The position numbers and the translations under genes were made by a program. A model generated the notes under the pieces. The model saw only the letters and a program-made list of their open reading frames with translations, was not told where the DNA came from and searched no databases. Below, piece by piece: positions 40,001 to 52,457 of a stretch of DNA of 64,000 nt (within the stretch, counting starts at the first letter, position 1; every line of letters starts with the position of its first letter). The stretch is taken from the NCBI RefSeq assembly GCF_008831285.2, contig NC_045138.2, positions 6,324,001-6,388,000 on the forward strand, read 5' to 3'. The stretch comes from Nymphaea colorata. Taxonomy: Eukaryota.

Positions 40001-42272
40001 CGAAATTTATAGAAGGAAGATTTTAAATCTAAGAGAAAGAGAGAGAATAAGACTTTAGATAGAGAGACAGAGAAATATGTGTGTGTATATATCTATATAT
40101 ATATATATACATATATGAAAGTTTATAAAAAGAAGGTGTTAACTCGAAGAAAGGGAGAGAGAGATTCTAGAGAGAGAAAGTGGGATACACATATATATTT
40201 GTTTATATGTACATATATATATGAGAATCTATAAAAGAATATGTCAAATCAAAGAGAGAGAAGGATAAAGATAGATATTCAATTTTCATGTATACGTTTA
40301 TAACATATATATATGCAAATACATATCTGAAAACAAAATTCAAGAGATAACTTAGAGCATTTATGAGTTCGATTTTTCTATGTAGGTGGAGAGGAACTTG
40401 GGCTCATGCAAAAGCTTAGGCTAAGTCTCTAAGGCCTAATTGAAGGGGGTTCTTATTTTTCAAATTCTTTTGAAAACACGATTCCAAATATTTTCATACA
40501 AGTATAAAACAGTAGTCATTTCATAAACTTCAAGGAAATTTATTTCTTCCACCATTAGATAGGTAAGAAAATCAAGCACACATGAAATAAAAAGTTAATA
40601 ACCTATGATCTCTAATCGGGTGATTAAAAGAAATGCTAAACGTAAGAATGTCATGTAGATGCACTTTAACATGTGTGCATTTGTAAGGGGTTTTTCTGGG
40701 TTGGACAAATCCTAATCTCAAAAATCAACATAATAACAAAAAAATCTCAATCCAAGCACTCATGCTTTTTATTCATTCGCATAATAATTGAAAAAACAAT
40801 AAACTATGCATGAACCTCTTAGCACAGCACACATCCAAGAGAAGAGAAAAACATATTTCGATCCTAGAATGAAATTTTATTTCACCTTACTCATGCTCTC
40901 TGTGTATTCAAGAATAGTTCTTGAGTCCGGAGAGGAGATTTGAGAGTCATCTAATATGACCATGGGGAGAAAGATGGGGGAAAGAAAGATAAAGAAAAGG
41001 ATTGGGATATTAAATACTTATTTCTAATGAGAATGATTTTAGAAAATGAGTCTCCTTCTTTGGACTTTGGCTTTGTATTTTGGATCAAGGTATGTTATTT
41101 AAATCTAGGACTTGGATTTGGATTATAATCTTGATCTAAAGTTGAATTTTGGATTTAAATCATACATTTGGATTCAGATATGGGTCTAGAGGTCCATTTT
41201 GGATCGAATCATCGAGAATTGGACTTGGATATGGCTATAGAGGTTTGTCTTGGATCTAGGATCGAAATTTGAATTTGGATACAAATTTAGAAGTCTGTTT
41301 TGGGTTGAGCTTGGACTCGGCGTCCAACATTTAGACCCAAATCATTGTGAAGATGGTTACCAAGAATCTTGTTTGAATGAAATAAAGTCTTTTTTTGGGT
41401 TGAGCTTGGACTCAGCATCCAAAATTAAACCCAAATAATTGTAAAGATGGTTGAAATAACCAAGAATCTTGTTTGAATGAAATAAAGTCTTTTGAAAAAA
41501 AATGGGGTGATAATAGATGCAGTACAAAAACAACTGTAATTAAATCAATTTTGGGATCTCTAGGTATAGATAAAAAAAAAAACATATCTTGACGTATTCT
41601 GGACCGTGGATGTCAATTTTTTGTGTTATTATTGACATTGTATGTTGCTTAACATTTAGTACTACCAATTGTACATTCAAGAGTTCAGAGTGTTTGAATC
41701 TAAGTTTCATACCTATTCTTGCACTTTATTTGAGACAGTAGACTAGGAAAAAGACCTCTCATATACATCATTGTTCCAAACCTTTCATGCCATAGATGTA
41801 TATATAAAATGGGAGATATAGTGCCAACACTAGGGCAACAAATGATTTAGATTTAAGAGTTATACGTGAAAAAGCTCATGAGTTAATGTATTCAATAACA
41901 AGGATGAGAATTTTATGTTTTAACATTAATGCAATCGTTGAATCCCACCTACATGTAGCATTAATAATTGTATGTTCCAAAGTCATGAGATCCCTTACGT
42001 CAAGTTTTTTCCTAATTTAAACTTGTGATTTACTTGAGAGAGTATAGTTGGTGGAAAGACCCCTTATATCCACAATTGTCTAAAACTTACATATAAAGTA
42101 GGAGATATAGCGAGAAAGATACTCACAATTGTTCAAATTTAGGAGTCATATGTACAAGTAAAAATTCTCGTCTCCTAATGTATCCAATAACAAGGATGGG
42201 AATTCTAGATTTAATATTAATGTTGTCACTGGATGCTGCCTAAATTTAATGCTAGCATTGATACTTTTCAAA
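37510..42272 (-). pseudogene. F-box/FBD/LRR pseudogene copy, split by the solo LTR and by an insertion at ~37940-38325
   Basis: Homologous to copy 2. Confidence 0.5.
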
Positions 42273-42279
42273 GTGAAGT

Positions 42280-42499
42280 TCATGCAAGTGTGTCAGGGAG
42301 ATTGATGAACTAGAAAGGGAAACAAGCATAGACATGAGCAAGGTAAACCAAGATTTCTTATGATCCGCCTAGATTTCAATTCTGCCTTGTTATGAAATAG
42401 AAAGACCTGACCATGTTTTGAAGCCATGAAGGCATGCAAGGCAATGTGGATGACTCCGTGAAGCCATGAAGGGTCTTTATTTCCATCAACTATACTCTC
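42280..42499 (-). repeat. Inverted fragments of ~18130-18490
   Basis: gaactagaaagggaaacaagcatagacat and tgatccgcctagatttcaat are reverse complements of ~18440-18467 and ~18248-18267. Confidence 0.85.
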
Positions 42500-43676
42500 G
42501 GTATACTCTCGGAGCTCTCCGAATTTGAATCGTGTTAATCATCTTTCATGCATGCTCACGTCACAATTCTTGTAAAATCCATCTGTCTTAACAATATCTT
42601 CCATGTGGAAATTAAAAAATCTCATCTTAACATAATTCACTTGCGTAATAAAAATAAAATAAACAAAATCGATCCTTAAACTTGAAAAATTAACTGCACA
42701 TGTATTTCGGTAATAATCAAGAAAACATCATTTCACAACTCAAATATAATAGTCACATTGACACATTGATGACAAACCAAAAACAAGGAACTAATATGAG
42801 ATGCGAAGCGTGAGAACATGCATGTTTCTTTTAGAGAAAATATAATTTAACAATTTTAATTAGTATTACATGATTATTTCTGTAAAGAATCTAAGCCATT
42901 TGACTCATTCAAAAAATAAGCCCACCCTTACAACATCATTACAGTAGAAACTCAAAAGTAAATTTTTATGGAAACAACAATAAAATCACCGACCAATTAA
43001 TCAGTTCCATTTTAGTGGACAGGTTTTGAAACAAACATAATTAAGCCTAGAGTCGCACTTGAAACAGACACTTACTATGGCGTCAGAATGTGACCCATAT
43101 GATTTGTTTGACTATGCTACTTATAATGGTATTCACAAATTCACATAATTCTACTGGATAATTTGAAGATTCTAAAATCTGAGTCTATTTTTGTAATATA
43201 GGAAAAATAACTAAAGTTACAGAAATTTTATGAAGAAGTACATGTTTTAAAGGGTCGACTCCAAGTGGACTCAATGACCTTTAACACCAGCCATCTCTCT
43301 TTCTCTCTCTCTCTCTCTTTGCCACCATCGACAGATCTACTGAGGGCACCAAAAGGATGGTGCCGTCAGCTGACTAAAGGCATCACCTCTCCACAAAGGG
43401 TGGCTGGGAGAAGACATAACCTACCTTCTCAGTGGAGAGTGAGCTGCGTGCACCACCTTGTGCAAGCAGCAAATGTGCACCCAAAGGTGGATTAAAGTAG
43501 TTTGGTAATTTTTAAAAAACCATAATTTTTTCTCCTTTCTACCGACCAAGACATTTTGGTCATTATGCACGCTGGTGCACAAGGGTATATATGACCACTT
43601 TTGTTTCCAAGACGTAGAATGTTGAATATTCCAAACGCCACCTAAATTAAAACAAATAGGCTGTGCTTCAATACTT

Positions 43677-43777
<101 letters not shown>

Positions 43778-43842
43778 ACTAGTGAGGCATAAAAAAGACA
43801 TAGTACCAAAAAGGGCAAAGCTGATTGCAAACGCAAACCTCT

Positions 43843-43965
43843 GCATTGTGCATAGGACCATGTGCATGACATGTACCCTCAATAGTGGGCCAAGGAACAT
43901 TGTGCATAGGACTATGTGCATGACACGTACCCTCAAGAGTGGTCCAGAAAGACACATGTCATGCA
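43843..43965. repeat. ~54-bp tandem repeat (about two units)
   Basis: cattgtgcataggac(c/t)atgtgcatgaca(t/c)gtaccctcaa is repeated. Also present at ~59783-59904. Confidence 0.8.
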
Positions 43966-44372
43966 CCGTATAATCACCTCTCCACAAAGGGTGGATGGGA
44001 GAAGATGTAACCTACCATCCTATGGGAGAAGATGCACCGTATAATCCTGTTAAATGTCATTTTAGGGGAGAGATGGTGACAAACACATTAGTATTAGATT
44101 AAAATTGAGGTTCTCATGTTGAAGTGGTTGTTAATTATTATATGAGAATGGATTTCATAGAATTCATTTTTGAGGTGGAGATTCTTAAAGAATGCAATGC
44201 AAGGTGATAAATTGCTCTTTCCTATGTTGTGATTTAGAACAATTGTTATTCTCATGACAAGTTTAAGTGGACCTATCAAATCATGCTAGTATATTTATTA
44301 ATGGTTACTAGTTGGAGTTGGGCCTATGGTTTAAGAAATGGACATAGTTTTGTTTTTGTTTCATGCATACTT

Positions 44373-44765
44373 GTTCCACCCTGCCGATTGTATAATTCTT
44401 TATGTTTTGATTCTTCAACTTTCATAGAACTGTGATCAAGCTCAGGACTCTTTTCTCAAAGGTAAATTATTCAAGTTGGTCACGCTTCGATCTAGATCTC
44501 CAGTAGGAAACTGTCGCACTTGAGGAGATGTGTCGATTTTGTTATTGCCAAATCTTGCAGTCTCCGTTTCCTCATTTAGTGGCAATAAGAAAATCGACAC
44601 ATCTCCTCAAGTGCAATGGTTTTCTACTGGAGATCTAGATGAAAGCGTGACCAACTTGAACAATTTACCTTTGAGAAAGAGTCCTGAGCTTGATCACAGT
44701 TCTATGAAAGTTAAGAATCAAAACATAAAGAATCACCATTCCAGATACAATTGGCAGGGTGGAAC
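44373..44765. ncRNA. Long hairpin IR4 (arms 44373-44550 and 44580-44765, 29-nt loop); candidate hpRNA or proto-MIRNA
   Basis: The arms differ by about 9 substitutions and 3 indels (hand alignment). The repeat itself is certain; expression as RNA is unproven. Confidence 0.5.
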
Positions 44766-45209
44766 TTTATGACAGGAATGCAACAGGTCGAGAGGAGATG
44801 TACACTAAGATCGTGCATACTAATGAATGTGAAACAGGTCAAGACTCACATGGTAGCAACAGCAACAGGCACTTCCAATCCATTGTTGGCAGCAATATAC
44901 CACCAACAGCAACTGATGATGAGAATTTGCTCTACTTTTCCGTAATTTTCTTCCAAAATTTGACCGCACTCAGGCTGTTAATCAAATTGGATCAAGTCCA
45001 GAGTGTGCTGCTCCAGCAGATGAGTTTGTGAACAGATAAAAAAAAGCTGTTTTGAGCAATGATCATTCTCAGAACTTTTGTGCATGGCAGAATCATCAAT
45101 GTTCAAAGGTCTATATGCAAACATGAGTCACTGTGGGTCACATGGAGAGCACGTTCGAAACGCTTCTGACCAGTTGCTGCATGAAAAGCGAAAAACAAAC
45201 TTGGATAAG
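44560..45209 (+). pseudogene. Frameshifted exon-like fragment of an unidentified hydrophilic protein
   Basis: Consecutive + strand ORFs (44530, 44759, 45078) with protein-like composition. They end at a donor-like AAG|GTAAAAG at 45209/45210, followed by AT-rich sequence. Confidence 0.4.
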
Positions 45210-45699
45210 GTAAAAGTTAATAACCTATTTTTTATTGCAATATCAAGCAGTCATGGTATTATGTGAACTGGAAGTCTTCATACAAATTTGTCGATCTGCT
45301 CTTAGAACCTCTGAATAACTAATTCCATAGAATGATAATGAAATATTTCAAAAGCTATAGTGCCCTTCAAAAAGAAAAAAATTATTCAAAACAATGGGAG
45401 AATGTTTTGCAGATAGAAAAGAGATAATTGATTTGGCAATTATGAAAACGCAGCTGCGAATATGCAACAACTTTTAACAATTTTCTGATTTTAAAAACTC
45501 ATATTCACTTGTTGGATTTTATGGTCACTTTCTTTACACGCACCTAAAGGTCCTCTTTCCTGCTTCCATTTACATTAATACCTTTAGATTCCTCGCTCAT
45601 CACACTCAGCAGCCTTTATATTTTTTCCTACAGTCTAGCTGCCACTAATTCCTACTAGTGCAAGATAATCTCTGAAAAGTGATTAGAATAAAGCATAGG

Positions 45700-45982
45700 G
45701 TGCCACCATCCTGCCTCATGTGTCGGAGAAGAAATACGAACACTAACAGATGAACAACTGAAATCCTTGCAAGTTTTAGGAGCAGGGCCTTCACTTGAAA
45801 TAGACAATTTCCCTAAGGTAAATGGTGAGAGCAAGACTTCATCAGCGGAAGACACATCCTCCATCATAATCTTTGCACAGGAGGCAGATAGAATCAGTTC
45901 TGTAAACAAAGCAACAGACCCAGATGGGCTTCTTGGCAAGTTTGGGGACTGCAAGCAATGTCATCTCTTCTCTTTCCTGTAG
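45700..45982 (+). pseudogene. Second exon-like fragment, unidentified
   Basis: Open reading EEIRTLTDEQLKSLQVLGAGPSLEIDNFPKVNGESK...; no recognisable domain. The minus strand is also open. Confidence 0.3.
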
Positions 45983-46229
45983 AACTTTGTGGCATGAAAC
46001 CATGGTTCACTTGGGAAGTTTCATTCAGAGAACACGTATTTTTTTCTTCGATGAAGTTGCAATAAGCCTTGATTTCGATATGCTTTCTGAGATGGTTGGT
46101 CGTTCAGGAAAATCTACTATTAATTAGAACAAAGTGTTTTGAACTTGGTGTTGACTTTTCTTTTATGGAAATTATTATGATGTCCTATCCCTGGGGATTG
46201 GGACTAGAAGTCAGCTAGTTCTATTTGGA

Positions 46230-47361
46230 ACTCATGGGGCACTGATGTACAAGTTGAAGCACAATAGGGCCTGCAGTAAAATCAGGTCTGGTACCCTGGG
46301 TAGATGATGCTTTCAGCTATCTTGTTGGGTGGCAGGATAAAAACCTCCTCCAACTCTTTGAACAAATCACAGTGACATTTTATTATGCCAGAGGCAGTTG
46401 CTCTTTTCAGTTTCCTTAAACATATCCTTAATAAGGTGATGCAAACTCCTCTGTTGACCATCACCGTGCCTTCTTAATTAATAGGTTCACCACTCTGCGT
46501 AACATGCAAAACGGAAGGCCTTATGCATAAGACAAATCAAGGAGCAAACTTTATGAAAGAAGGCTTCAGGCATCAGCTTCTTGTGCTGTAGAAAGAGAGA
46601 CAATGATATATAAGTTGAAGCGTAGTGAGACTGTTCGCTAAAATCAGGTCTAGTACCCTAGAAAGATGATGCCTTCAACTATCTTGTTTGGTGGCAGGAT
46701 AAAATACTCCTCTTACTCATTGAACATATCACTGTGATGTCTTATTATGCCCGAGGCAGTTGCTCTCTTTCCATTGGTTGATCCCATACCATGTGCACCA
46801 CATCATTTTCAGCTTCCTGAAACACAAACTTAATAAGTGATGCAAACTCCTTTGTTGACCCTCCCCACACCTTCTTAATTAATAGGTTCACTACTCCAAG
46901 TAACATGCAAGACAAAAGGCCTTATGTACAAGACAAATCATGGAGCAAACTTCATGAAAGAATGTGTCAGGACTGCAGAACATTCTAAATGGGATGCTGA
47001 TGACCTTATAGATTTCTTTTATAGTAAAGCATGGTGTAATGTGCATGAATGTTATATGATTGGTGCCCCCTCCCAAGGTCAAGGAGGAAAAATGTGTGGA
47101 GTGTGGTTAGAGGGAAACCAGTGAAGGCTCAACTACTTTGATAAAATTGGAGAAGTGGAAAGTGGGGTTTTATGATATATAATATTATATGTTATGTTCC
47201 ATGGCATAGTATATGTCATATAGTTGAATTATAGATAAATATATGTAATGTGTCTTTCAAATAAATTCATGTAAGTGATTCATATAAAATCATGTTGTAA
47301 GCATGATATATACTCAGATCTAATAGCATGAAAGTACATAGCCAAAATCGCAAAATATGTA

Positions 47362-47392
<31 letters not shown>

Positions 47393-47890
47393 CATGCAAA
47401 AGGCATGAACCATATGTATAATAAAATAAAATTATTTAAGAAAACAAGTGCAAAAGTAACTTCATCATCTGGCACACATTCACAAGCCTAAGATTCATAG
47501 AACTTGAGATCACCCTCAACAAAGTCAGTAGGATACTAGGATTTGTCCTCCAAGAATAGAATTTAAAGAAAAAAATATCTATATGCAGGAAAGGCATTGA
47601 AAATTAACATTTTAGGAAACAATGCATGTATAAGTAAGAAAGCTCATGCCTCAACGTTGGGATTAACAAATATGGCACTTTTAGATTCTAATCTTATTAT
47701 TGACATCGGATGTTGCCTAATATTTAGCACAACCAACTGTACATTCCAAAGTTCGATTATTCATATCTATATTTTCCAAACTTATGCTTTTGCTTCGTTT
47801 GAGAGAATAATGTTGGCGGGAAGACCTCATATCCACCGTTGTTTGAATGCTTGGATGTCATAATCTCATAAAATGGAAAATATAGTGATA
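46230..47890 (-). pseudogene. FBD/LRR pseudogene copy with two tandem FBD-like segments, abutting a LINE
   Basis: YSLKRSKSISLENIDMNNRTLECTVGCAKY* (LRR-like), ILLTLLRVISSSMNLRLVNV, and VVNLLIKKVWGGSTKEFASLIKFVFQEAEN (FBD-like GxxxExxLIKFxxxxA). Confidence 0.6.
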
Positions 47891-50340
47891 GTTTTCTGTC
47901 TGCATTATTCCAACCTTTCATGCAACAAGAAAGTAAAACCACATTGTTCTAAGGACAACATTGGGAATTTTTTATTCTTTTACACCAACTCTCCACCGTA
48001 TATTGTTTCCTCATGAGATCCCAAATGTCCCTACCGTGACCTATTGTACAAGTTTGCCATGATGACGTAGTTTGTTAGGAGTGCCCCTAATAGTAGGGAT
48101 AGTTTTCCCTATCCCCTTCAAAAGACTCCAAACTGAGTTTTGGCATATAAGGTCAAAATGCAGCATTTGATTAACTGAGAAATGAGAGTTGGAATGAGAA
48201 ATGCTATATTCTTCAATTAGAGCACAATTTTTAAGGAGACAAGTTAGCCATTTATGATTCCAAAACTTTGTCGAGCCTTCTTCAATCCTCCATTTAATGC
48301 TATTGGCAATTCCTTTCGAGCTATTGGAGAGACCTTTAAAGAACCAGAGCCAAGAGGAGTTCTTGAATATCTCATGAGGCCAGAAAGTGTCATTTCAGAC
48401 GTAATTCTTATGAACAAATTTGGCCCGGGCTTAACTTGAAGCAAACCTGCAAAGCAAGAAGAGCAATTTGACTTTGACCCACTTCACAAACATCATTAAT
48501 GTCTTCCCTACCTTCCTTAATCAAGTGACTGATCACATTCCAAGAAATGAGATATCTGAATCCAGTCTGAGAAGAAGAGTCCCAAAGGAAGGAAGCTATG
48601 AGAGATTGGATTTCTTTAATGACCCTCACAAGAAGATGGAATACAACTGTCTAATATTGAATAATGTAAATTATTACATGATTTATAAGGCACAACCTGC
48701 CAAAAAACAAGATGAACCTTCACTTCCAACTGGCATGCTGCTTGTTGACTTTGAGAATTATGCACTCTCCTCTCTCAACCGGTCTTGGAACAGTGTGACT
48801 CCAAGGTAACAAATGGAGAAACTCCTGACCAACCAACCAAGCACAGAGCTAATCCAATGGACCATCAAATCCTCCACATGAAATGGGATGAAGACATACT
48901 TACTGGAGTTAATCATAAGCCCCACGCAATTGGACAACTTCTCCAACATAGATTCCATCATTTTCAAGGGATTGACCTTTGCCTGAAAAAATAGCAGTAC
49001 ATCACACATGAAGGAGGGGATCACTGAACACATACCCTCACGGGGGAAGGGTGTGCGAAGAAAACTCTTATCTCTAGCATATTTATTGACAAGCCTAAAA
49101 AAGGCCTCTATGACAATAATAAAAAGACTAAGGGACAGTGGTCACCCTGCCTCATACCCCGTTTAAGGTTAAAAAAACTTACCTGGGCTACCATTTACCA
49201 AAACTGTTGCCGAAGCAATAGAGACATAGCTGAAAACTCTATCGCAACATTCTTAATTAAACTTTACATGTAATAAGGTAGATATAAGGAACAACCAATT
49301 CACCCTGTCATAAGACTTTGAGAGATCAGGTTTGAGACAAAGTGTTGGTTTCTTATCCCTATTCATGCTATGAATGAACTTATGTGCAAGGATGATGTTG
49401 TCAAGTATGACTTTATTGGCAGCAAAAACTACTTGGTCATCTAATACAATTGTCTTGAGAACATTCTTCATTTTGTTGACCATAATTTTTATGATCAATT
49501 TGTAGATACTGTTAAATAAAGAAATGGGTTGGAACTTTTGAAGAGTTCTTACACCTTCCTTCTTAGGAATAAGAGCGATTTGTGTGCGATTGACCTTTTG
49601 AACAAGCCTTCTTATGTAAAAGAACAGTTGTACCACTTTACTCACATCCAGGCCTACAATATGCCAATTGGCCTAATAAAAAGAGGCAGGAAACCCATCT
49701 AGTCTGGGTTGATATCCCAAAAAGATCGAAAGATTGTACTCTTGTGCTCCTCCAATGTGACGAGCTGGTTCAGCTCCTCATTTTCACTGCAAGAGACACA
49801 TGGACATCCACTGTTAGAAAGAGCATGTACCCATCACCCTCTTCGATTCGAAGGAGCTGTTGTAAGTACCCTCAGTAAGCTGCTAGGATGGCATGTTGAT
49901 CCCTAGCCATGGAGCCTTCCACCTCCAGCTCAGTGATGGAACTTCTTTTTCTTCTACATCTGGTAATCGTCTGGAAATTAGTGGTATTACAATCACCTTC
50001 CAACATCCATCTCACCCTAGGCACTGTCTCCAACTGCTATTTTCCTCATCGAGGAACTTTCTTATTTATCCCTCAGAATCCTCTCTTCATCTGCATCCAC
50101 CTACCCTCCTAGATCATGAATCATTTGCAACATAATTAATTAGAACTTTATGGTGTTGATCATAAGTTCAAATGGTTCAAGCTGACCCTTCCTTTAATGA
50201 GCTAGAGGTGGAAGGCCAACTGGGTCGCTTTAAGCCTTCCCAAAAACTTGAGCATGGGCCATCCAAAAATGTTCACAACCATTCCTGCGTGTTTACAAAC
50301 TGGCAATCCAGCCTCTGCTGTAAACATCTAAAGTAATGAA
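47890..50340 (-). mobile_element. LINE (L1-clade) ORF2 fragment, longer paralog of 26700-28260
   Basis: VNRTQIALIPKK...FQPISLFNSIYKLIIK...DLSKSYDRVNW, ICYLGVTL and IASFLWD...LISWNVI. Confidence 0.92.
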
Positions 50341-51116
50341 ATATCTGAGGCCTAAGAATGTCTCTCTTGTTGGGTTGGGTCCAGCCTCAAGTGAGGACCC
50401 GACCCAACCCACCTGCTCATTTGAGCAAGTGGGTGAGGAAAAGAAGAAGAGCACCCAGCAGTGCCCTATTCACCACTGTTTTGAAAATGAGAAAAGGGAG
50501 AAAGAAGCCCCTTGTTGAATGCTCACCAAACCAGTAAGAAGGGCAGGGTGAGTGTGTGTCAACGGTGAAGAAAGGAGAAGGAAAGATAAAGAAAAACACA
50601 ACTATGGGTTTGTGCTGCTATGTGGGTACATGAGCAGATAGAGAAAGTGAAGAAAACAATGGAAAGAAAAGAAGAACACATGGTGATTCCTTTCCTTATA
50701 GTTTTCTTATGCATTCATTTTTTTGATTGATTTACGCTATTCTCTGCAAGAAAAACAACACATATTGATGTTGTTGTATTTGTTTCTTTGAAATATATAT
50801 ATATATATATATATATACTTCTCTTGCCTATGGTGTTTTACCCCATTATTGACGGTTTTTTCATGTATATTGGTGTCTCTTGTTTTCTACATCATGTAAC
50901 ATATATTTTTGATATCTTCGGCAATATTGGTGTTGGGAACTCAACCTTGTGCTAGCAGCCTGGTGATTTTGTTTTTTAGTAGTTTAGTGCATTCCCTCTT
51001 ATAAAATCAGCTTGTTTGGACTGCTATGTTGATGCTAAAGGTTGTTGTTAGTTGATTAATTACTGGATATATGTATTCTTGAAGCTTGGGAGAAGGAGGG
51101 GGGGGGGGGGGAGTTT

Positions 51117-51880
51117 GTGACAGCATTAAGTGTTAATATTGCTGGTTGTTGTCTTAAGTATTTCATTTGCAGGGGTAATCTATTTTACAAGAATATATCC
51201 ATATTGTGAGTTCTTTTACAAGATTGAAACAATGTTTGTTTGAAAAAACAATCATAACAAATTGGTATCAGAGCGCTAGGTTTGTAGTTTTCATTCTCAT
51301 TGAAATATGGAATGGACCACCACTAGAATAATCTGCCTAAACGAAAACAATTGGACTATATAGAAATCAAAAATAGAGAATTTTCTCTATTCTAAAGATG
51401 TGTATGCACCCATTGAGAACAAGAGGCCAACAAATAAGGCAGATAATAAATAAAAATATTAGATAAGAAAACCATCCATTGGCACCATTAGACAATGGTT
51501 AGATGATAGTGTCCTTCAATTGGTATCGGAAAAGACGAATGCAAAGTTATTGCGGCAGAAGTTGCATGATCTTTACGAATAAGAAAACAATTGGAAACAA
51601 GGCTTTCTTGTTGAAGCAATTGGTAAATCTCAAACTTAGAGAGGGGAGTTCTGTGTCACAGTATTTGAAAAAAGTGCAGATCATAATTAATTAGTTGTTA
51701 GCCATGAAAATGATGTTAGATAATGAGTTACAGACACTTTTATGGCTAAGTTCTCTTCCAAATAGTTGGGAGACCCTAATTGTTTCTTTGAGCAACTCTA
51801 CTCCAGATAGTGTGCTAACAATGAAGCATGTAACCAACAACATTTTAAATTAAAAGACTAGGAGAAATACTCTTGGTACT
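51117..51880 (+). mobile_element. Copia 5' part (LTR-like piece, PBS, gag), paralog of 29030-29730
   Basis: Perfect tRNA-Met PBS TGGTATCAGAGC at 51263-51274. gag NKAFLLKQLVNLKLREG and SSLPNSWETL. Confidence 0.85.
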
Positions 51881-52457
51881 TGGTGAGAACCTAGACCCGG
51901 CTAGCGATTTCTATGCCCAAGAATAGATCCCAAGTCCAGGATCAACTCGTGGGAGCCTAAAGTCCAAACTTAAGCAAATTATATTTACAAATCTTTTCCC
52001 GCTGGACAGCAACCGCGGCTTAACAGTACCCTGGGTATAAGATACAAGTATGTTTTCCCTGACCCAAGTCTTCAATCCTATTAAAAAACTGAGGGGACTA
52101 AGGCTTGTACAAACACGAGCGATACAGATTTAACTCTCACAACTCACTCATCATTCATTCACAAACCATTCGTACAATCCCAAAGAACGGCCAAACCATG
52201 TCCTTTCCCTTTGGTTGTCTAGCTACTCGCAGCTGTGTCTTTGGCAAGGAGCCTTGGAGGGACTACCGACAGTAGCAAATGGCTAGAGCCTGGCTCAGAA
52301 AGCAAATGCACCCAATAACCCCGTTCTATAGGATGTTTAGAAGTTACCTAGCCGATGAGAGATAGACTTAAACAGCAATAGGATCCGAGAGAAAACCAGT
52401 GGCTCAGCCACTCTCGGATATAACAGCAAGGAGGTGGAGTGGAGGCTAAAGCTGTCT

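Larger units (their letters stand above)
35235..42272. repeat. Older segmental paralog of ~8205-16590 (IR1, IR2, FBD/LRR copy, solo LTR)
   Basis: Same order of modules. The solo LTR sits at the same site (39013-41515, internally deleted). Confidence 0.9.

Noticed and set aside
44373..44765. A known conserved miRNA family
   Set aside because: I recognise no conserved mature miRNA in this or any other hairpin here. A miRBase search is needed.
47597..47863. + strand ORF MKINILGNN... as a small conserved gene, or an RPA/Helitron OB-fold on the minus strand
   Set aside because: The frame is broken in the older paralogs. The minus-strand LRR/FBD motifs in the expected order explain the region better.
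51881..52457. Second LTR of the chromovirus
   Set aside because: No visible similarity to 54975-55511. Left as an unassigned LTR-like fragment.
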